Positions 58,449 through 64,000 of a stretch of 64,000 nucleotides of DNA are shown piece after piece. The position numbers and the translations under genes are program-made. Numbering within the stretch: the stretch's first letter is position 1; every line of letters begins with the position of its first letter. Origin of the DNA: Oceanispirochaeta sp. (GTDB taxonomy: Bacteria > Spirochaetota > Spirochaetia > DSM-2461); NCBI GenBank assembly GCA_963666275.2, contig CAXXOA010000001.1:128001-192000 (forward strand), given 5' to 3'. The notes below the pieces were generated by a model, which searched no databases, was not told the DNA's origin, and worked only from the letters and a program-made list of their open reading frames with translations.

Positions 58449-60224
58449 TCAGATGTTGGCTTCCTGAACCAGGCAGTTTCGTCCGGAGCCTTTGGCTTTA
58501 TACAGAATGGTATCGCAGATCCTGAACAGGTCTTTATTCAGGGTCTCTTTATCACAGAATGTGGTGTAGACTCCCAGGCTGATTGTCAGATAGTCCGAAA
58601 CAGCGGACGTTTTATGGGGGATCATCAGGTCCTCCACTTCCCGGCGCAGTTTTTCTGCAATGATTCCCGCTCCTTCCGGCGGTGTTTCAGACAGCAGGCA
58701 GGTAAACTCCTCTCCGCCGTAACGGGCCGCCAGATCATCGGGTCTGCGTACGATCCTTTTTATAAGCTGCCCCAGCGTCTGAAGGACTTCGTCTCCCTGT
58801 ACGTGTCCGTAGGAATCATTGTAGTTTTTAAAGAAATCCACATCCATCAGAATCAGCGAAAGAGGGTTCCCCGAACGGGAATGGCGTTTTATCTCCATCC
58901 TCAGTTTTTCATCCAGATAGCGCCGATTGGCCAGTTTTGTCAGGGGATCCTGTCTGGTTAAGGTGACAAGCTCCGTGTTGATGGACTCTATCTCTCTTGT
59001 GGAAGTTTCCACAAGCCGGTGGAGCACCCGCATGGTTCTGAACTGTCTGGATTCCTCGGGATAAGTTCTTGATACTTCCGGTGCGTCATGGGCTGTTCCC
59101 TCCAGGTGGCTCTCTGAAAGAGACAGGGCTGTCTGGGTCTGACTGAACATGTAGGTCTGGGAATTTTCATGGCTGTAGTACTCTCCATAGCAGTAGCTTC
59201 CCGCGGAATGGGAAATCTGTTTCACAGCAGAAAGATCCATGGATATATCCGCCCCGAGGACCCATTTTCTGGAGACGCAGGCATAGAGAAAAATGGCCTG
59301 TGGTTGGAGGGCTCTGATCTCGTGACGGAGTTTTTCCGCCCCCAGGCTGATTAATCCGGCATTGCAGTAGCAGAACTGAACCTTTTCGCCCTTCTCGAAA
59401 TTGTGAATATAATCAAAGGTCCCGTCGGGATGGATTTTCATGGGATGAATGGCCACATTCAGCCCTTTCCTGTCTATCATCAGGGGAAACTCCGCTCCGG
59501 CCAGGGGGAGATCCCGGGCAATTTCCTCGCCCAGGTAGTAGCTGTAAAGATCATAGGGCGTCTGGTTTTCGATGGATATGACATGGTTTCCTTCGGCTTC
59601 GGTTATTTCCAGTTTTTTCCCGATAGGAATCCAGCTGAGATTGAAGGCATGCCCCGCTCTGAGATCAGACCCGCTCAGGGAGGCTCCTACGGCTCCGTGT
59701 TCGGTAATCTGCTCCCTGGTAAAGACGAAAGTCCTCTGGCCTATGCCGTTATCCCCCGCCTGACCTCCGGCAATCAGCACATCTCCCAGGCTGTCTTTTA
59801 TACCGGCCAGGAGGGGCTCGCTGTTGATGAACTTTTCCTCTTTCAGTCCGCAGCCGAAGAGTATTACCGCCTTTATCCTGTCCTGAGAGAGTTCCTTCCC
59901 CATCAGGGTTCCTGCCGCATAAAGGTTGTCATTCTGATCCACAAGATATGTTTTCACTCTGGTTGTATCAAAAAAACAGAAGCTCAGGACAATGCTGTTC
60001 TCCGAAAATCGTCCCTCCAGGATCTCTCCTGCGGTACTCATACCCATTACAGGAGCTAGGGGAAAGATTTCATTCAGCTCCTGCTGGAGTTTTCTTATTA
60101 TTTTCTGGTTGAGAACACCGGAAAAAACCTGAATCAGAGTATTTTCAGCCTTCCAGCCGGGGTATTGCTCTCTTACTTCCCGGATATTGGCTTTTGTCCT
60201 GTATACGATATTCCGGCATACCAT
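58449..60224 (-). CDS. FIST-domain diguanylate cyclase
   Basis: G.STAGEI, GG.AGD, C..R, YGE FIST motifs; D.LT.L.NRR, D.D.FK.YND.YGH..GD, RPDD I-site, GGEEF. Confidence 0.92.
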   Translation of the reverse strand: MVCRNIVYRTKANIREVREQYPGWKAENTLIQVFSGVLNQKIIRKLQQELNEIFPLAPVMGMSTAGEILEGRFSENSIVLSFCFFDTTRVKTYLVDQNDNLYAAGTLMGKELSQDRIKAVILFGCGLKEEKFINSEPLLAGIKDSLGDVLIAGGQAGDNGIGQRTFVFTREQITEHGAVGASLSGSDLRAGHAFNLSWIPIGKKLEITEAEGNHVISIENQTPYDLYSYYLGEEIARDLPLAGAEFPLMIDRKGLNVAIHPMKIHPDGTFDYIHNFEKGEKVQFCYCNAGLISLGAEKLRHEIRALQPQAIFLYACVSRKWVLGADISMDLSAVKQISHSAGSYCYGEYYSHENSQTYMFSQTQTALSLSESHLEGTAHDAPEVSRTYPEESRQFRTMRVLHRLVETSTREIESINTELVTLTRQDPLTKLANRRYLDEKLRMEIKRHSRSGNPLSLILMDVDFFKNYNDSYGHVQGDEVLQTLGQLIKRIVRRPDDLAARYGGEEFTCLLSETPPEGAGIIAEKLRREVEDLMIPHKTSAVSDYLTISLGVYTTFCDKETLNKDLFRICDTILYKAKGSGRNCLVQEANI

Positions 60225-60378
60225 TTTCTGTTTATTACCTCACTACTAAGTGTAGAGTATGCCTGAGGGGATTGCCATGTCCGGAAAGGATAACTCAGGG
60301 GACTGAACAGCTTTTTTCCTTTTTCAGATTTCACCTCATACGTTTTTCCACTATAATCAAATTTTACAGGAGGCTGGA

Positions 60379-61191
60379 ATGCTCGATTTTATGAAACAGT
60401 TCGGACCTGTTACACAGGCTCTTATTGCAACTCTCTTTACCTGGGGTGTGACTGCTCTGGGTGCCGCCATGGTCTTTTTCTTTAAGACAATAAAAAAATC
60501 TGTTCTGGACACTATGCTGGGATTTGCTGCCGGTGTGATGATCGCAGCCAGTTTCTGGTCACTCCTGGCTCCCTCAATCGACCTTGCCGAAAGTATGGGG
60601 ATTATCCCCTGGGTCCCTGCCGTGGTGGGATTCCTTCTGGGCGGGGTCTTTCTGAGGCTGGTAGACCGGGTGCTTCCCCATCTTCATCTGGGAGAACCCA
60701 TTGAGAATGCAGAAGGCGTACACACCACCTGGAGAAAGAGCCTCCTTCTGGTTCTGGCGATTACACTGCATAATATTCCCGAAGGTCTGGCCGTGGGAGT
60801 GGCATTCGGTGCCGTCGCGGCGGGTATTCCCTCGGCGTCCCTGGCGGGGGCTGTTGCCCTGGCTCTGGGTATCGGTATTCAGAATTTCCCCGAAGGCGCA
60901 GCCGTATCGGTTCCTCTCAGAAGGGAGGGGCTTTCCCGGACCAAATCCTTTGTGTACGGTCAGTTTTCCGGTATGGTCGAGCCTATTGCGGGTGTTCTGG
61001 GAGCCGCCATGGTACTTGTCATGAGACCGATCCTTCCCTATGCCCTCTCTTTTGCCGCGGGGGCCATGATCTTTGTCGTGGTGGAAGAGGCTATCCCCGA
61101 ATCACAGAACTCGGGAAATACCCATGTGGCGACCCTGGGTGCCATGCTGGGGTTTGCCGTTATGATGACACTGGATGTGGCCCTGGGGTAA
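60379..61191 (+). CDS. ZIP family metal transporter (ZupT/GufA)
   Basis: [30 protein letters not shown]. Confidence 0.92.
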   Translation: MLDFMKQFGPVTQALIATLFTWGVTALGAAMVFFFKTIKKSVLDTMLGFAAGVMIAASFWSLLAPSIDLAESMGIIPWVPAVVGFLLGGVFLRLVDRVLPHLHLGEPIENAEGVHTTWRKSLLLVLAITLHNIPEGLAVGVAFGAVAAGIPSASLAGAVALALGIGIQNFPEGAAVSVPLRREGLSRTKSFVYGQFSGMVEPIAGVLGAAMVLVMRPILPYALSFAAGAMIFVVVEEAIPESQNSGNTHVATLGAMLGFAVMMTLDVALG

Positions 61192-61197
61192 GTGCTC

Positions 61198-61815
61198 TTA
61201 TACCTTAATTAAAAGATATACTCCCAGACAGGCAAATACCGGGGAAGCAAAATATTTCTGTAAATGTGTTTTTTTTCCTCTTTTCAATGCTTTGACAATC
61301 TTTTCAGAAAGAGTTGCATAAAGCAGATCAAATAGAAATCCTGTTAGTACAAGAATTAAACCCAGAAGGAAAAACTGGTGAATCAGTGGTATTGACTGGG
61401 AGTAGAGAAACTGGGGCAAAAGAATGCTGCAGAATATTAAAGCTTTTGGATTCAGAATGTTGGTAATGAAGCCATGAAAAATGAATCTTTCTTTTTGGGA
61501 TTCAATTGTGGTTTCAGACTTCTCAAGACGGGCACTTATAGAAAATTGATAAGCCATCCAGAAGAGATACAGAGCTCCTGCTATTCTCACAAAATTATAT
61601 AAGACTGAAACACGGTCAAAGAGGGTCGCCATCCCAAGTCCCGAAGCGAAAACATGAATGAAACGGGCACAGCCAATTCCTATGGCAGTGGATATCCCAG
61701 GTCCTCTACCTCTTTCAGATGAAACTGTCATTACAAGGACCATATCCGGTCCCGGTGTAAGATAGGCTGTAATTAAAGCGGTAAGAAAAAGAAAAAGGGA
61801 CTTCCATTCGATCAT
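61198..61815 (-). CDS. LysE/RhtB family exporter
   Basis: TPGPD, GA.YL, GF.TN.LNPK. Confidence 0.9.
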   Translation of the reverse strand: MIEWKSLFLFLTALITAYLTPGPDMVLVMTVSSERGRGPGISTAIGIGCARFIHVFASGLGMATLFDRVSVLYNFVRIAGALYLFWMAYQFSISARLEKSETTIESQKERFIFHGFITNILNPKALIFCSILLPQFLYSQSIPLIHQFFLLGLILVLTGFLFDLLYATLSEKIVKALKRGKKTHLQKYFASPVFACLGVYLLIKV

Positions 61816-61937
61816 TTTATTTTTTTCACTCCATTCCAGAAACTAATCAAATTATAGCTGTCCTGGAAAGAAATATCCTTGCTATCTTTTCTTCTGGAGT
61901 TTAAAGTTTGAGAAGAAAACACTAACAAATACATAAT

Positions 61938-62435
61938 ATGGAGAAGAATATGCCACAAGAATCTGTTGATGAGGTTGATGTGACTCTTTTGAGATTTCTC
62001 CAGGAAAATGGGAGGGCTTCTAATGTTCAGATTGCAGACCATCTGAACTTAAGTGAAACTCCAAGTTGGAGACGATTGAAAAGACTTGAAACGGAAAAAA
62101 TTATAGAAGGATATCATGCCACCTTGAACAGGGAGAAACTGGGATTTGATATTCTTGCTTTTGTACAGATCATGTTTTCTGTACACACAGACGATACACC
62201 CAGCCGGTTTGAGGACGCTGTCCAGGAAATACCGGAGATTCTATCCTGTTTTAATGTTACAGGTGATGCGGACTACATGCTTGTTATAGTTGCCGAAAAT
62301 CTCAAATCCTATGAAGCCCTCCTGCGCAAAAAGATCCGCTGTCTGCCGGGAGTCAGATCCCTCAAAACAATCATTAGTATGAGAGAAGTGAAGCATTCAC
62401 AGAATTTACCTCTCTATCCAATCATCTCACCTTAA
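61938..62435 (+). CDS. Lrp/AsnC family regulator
   Basis: D..D..LL..LQ.NGR, LS.TP..RR.KRLE...II.GY, VTG..DY. Confidence 0.92.
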   Translation: MEKNMPQESVDEVDVTLLRFLQENGRASNVQIADHLNLSETPSWRRLKRLETEKIIEGYHATLNREKLGFDILAFVQIMFSVHTDDTPSRFEDAVQEIPEILSCFNVTGDADYMLVIVAENLKSYEALLRKKIRCLPGVRSLKTIISMREVKHSQNLPLYPIISP

Positions 62436-62520
62436 TCACCCAGGCAGGAGAGAACAAAAGAGAGCCGAAACGGTAACGTTTTTCCCAGGAAAGAAGACTG
62501 AAGTGCGGCTGGCTGATTGC

Positions 62521-64000
62521 CTAAAGCTTCTGCTCTGTCCTGGCGATGATATCGTTCTGGGTTTCCAGGGAGAGATTGGTAAAGAACGCTGAATACCCGG
62601 CCACCCTGACCACCAGGTCATGGTACTCTTCGGGCTTCTCCTGAGCTGCCAGGAGGGTTTCTTTATCCACAATGTTGTACTGGATATGCCAGCCTTTCAG
62701 ATCATCGAAGAAGCTGTGAAGCATGCCTGCCAGTTTCTCTTTTTTCTCCCGGTTTACAAGGACTGCGGGTGAGAGTTTCTGGTTCAGAAGGACTCCACCC
62801 AGGATCTTTTCTGTGGGCAGTTTGCTTATGCTTTTCATTACCGCTGTAGGGCCTTTCAGGTCCGCTCCCGAAGAGGGAGAGGCTCCTTCCGCCAGGGGCT
62901 GCCAGGCTTTTCTTCCGTCAGGAGTGGCGGGGACCACAGATCCGGCGGGAACATTCCCGGAAATGCTGGAGGTTCCCGCATAGTACCGGCATCCTATGGA
63001 ACCGCTTCCCCGGCGGATCGTATATTTGTCACTGATTTCATCTATGTAGCTGTTATAGGCCTGGACCAGAAGCTGATCCACATAATCTTCGTCGTTGCCG
63101 TATTTGGGAGCGTAGTTTTTCAGAATCAGCCGGAGTTTTTCTCCTGCCGGGCCGGCAAAGTCCGATGCCATGGCTTCCATCAGCTCCTGAGGACTGATCC
63201 TCTTCTCTTCAAAGACAAGTTTTTTAATGGCAGCCAGAGAGTCTCCCAGATTGGCGATCCCCACCTGTAGTCCCGATTCAAAATCGTATTTGCTGCCCCC
63301 CTCGTGGATGGTCAGTCCGGTCTCCAGGCAGTTGTCGGTAAAGGCGGAACAGAGAATGTCCGGGGCTTCATCCCGGAGAACAATGTCTATGGCTGCATCG
63401 ATGGCGATTCCCGCCCGGGCATAGAATCTGACCTGATCATCCCAGGCTTCCATGACCTGTGAGAAGTCGGTAAAGTCGGTGAGCTTTCCTTTCCCTTTAT
63501 GAAACTGCCGACCGCTTACAGGGTCTACCCCGTCATTGATGGCCGCCAGAAAAACCCTCATAAAATTGAGAAAGTGCTTGCCCGTACAGCGGTAACCCCA
63601 TTTGCCGGGAACAGCCGTTTCGATACAGCCGATAGCCGAATAGTCCCAGGCGTCCTCTTCTTCCACGCCCAGTTTCCTGAAGGAGGGAATTACGATGCTG
63701 TCGTTATTGAAGGCAGGCATACCGAAGCCCAGCTGAATCACATTGATGCATTCCTGCAGAAACTCCGGGCTGATTCCCGGATGAAAGCGGACGGACAGGT
63801 TGGGCTGGGTGAGCTTTGTCTCTCCCACAGATTTCAGAATGAGAAAACTCAGATCATTGACCGCATCCGAACCGTCTCTGAGCTGGCCACCGATAGTCAC
63901 ATTCTGATAAAGAGGTCCTCCCGCAGAAAAACGGGTGTGCGACCAGGAGCGGATTTTTTTGATACTCACCAGTTTGAGCCAGGTATTTTCCAGAACTTCC
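62521..64000 (-). CDS. ybiW: glycyl radical enzyme, YbiW-like (5' part outside window)
   Basis: RS..H...SAG.PLYQNVTIGGQ, AIGCIETAV.GKWGYRCTG, YAGTSSIS, VRVAGYSAFF; frame stays open to the window edge. Confidence 0.8.
   Translation of the reverse strand, partial: EVLENTWLKLVSIKKIRSWSHTRFSAGGPLYQNVTIGGQLRDGSDAVNDLSFLILKSVGETKLTQPNLSVRFHPGISPEFLQECINVIQLGFGMPAFNNDSIVIPSFRKLGVEEEDAWDYSAIGCIETAVPGKWGYRCTGKHFLNFMRVFLAAINDGVDPVSGRQFHKGKGKLTDFTDFSQVMEAWDDQVRFYARAGIAIDAAIDIVLRDEAPDILCSAFTDNCLETGLTIHEGGSKYDFESGLQVGIANLGDSLAAIKKLVFEEKRISPQELMEAMASDFAGPAGEKLRLILKNYAPKYGNDEDYVDQLLVQAYNSYIDEISDKYTIRRGSGSIGCRYYAGTSSISGNVPAGSVVPATPDGRKAWQPLAEGASPSSGADLKGPTAVMKSISKLPTEKILGGVLLNQKLSPAVLVNREKKEKLAGMLHSFFDDLKGWHIQYNIVDKETLLAAQEKPEEYHDLVVRVAGYSAFFTNLSLETQNDIIARTEQKL

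Overview
Bacterial chromosomal window, probably from a free-living spirochaete (Oceanispirochaeta/Spirochaeta-like). This is inferred from gene content and from 'FAGGQ'-type solute-binding-protein signal peptides, not from a marker gene. The left half holds a divergent NAD-dependent DNA ligase, HU plus an HU-TM-LysM fusion, rbsD, tRNA-Cys and tRNA-Asn. It also has a sigma54-driven nitrogen cluster (NifA-like activator, amtB-glnK, type III glutamine synthetase), a birA-bioY-ECF biotin operon with operator, MCPs and several signalling fusions. Two identical initiator tRNA-Met genes are each followed by tandem ~190-250 bp structured repeats that carry copies of the tRNA 3' end, and a related element lies behind tRNA-Cys. 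The right half (~36-64 kb) is a carbohydrate catabolism region with two glycyl radical enzymes resembling PflD and YbiW, an activating enzyme, an ABC transporter with ROK kinase, GMC and Gfo/Idh/MocA oxidoreductases, a divergent epimerase and DeoR. A recurring paired TTCATATGAA motif links these genes, suggesting a PTS-independent radical anhydro-sugar pathway. A separate LacI/ABC/mutarotase/isomerase cluster is embedded in it. All family calls come from motif recognition by eye; no searches were run.
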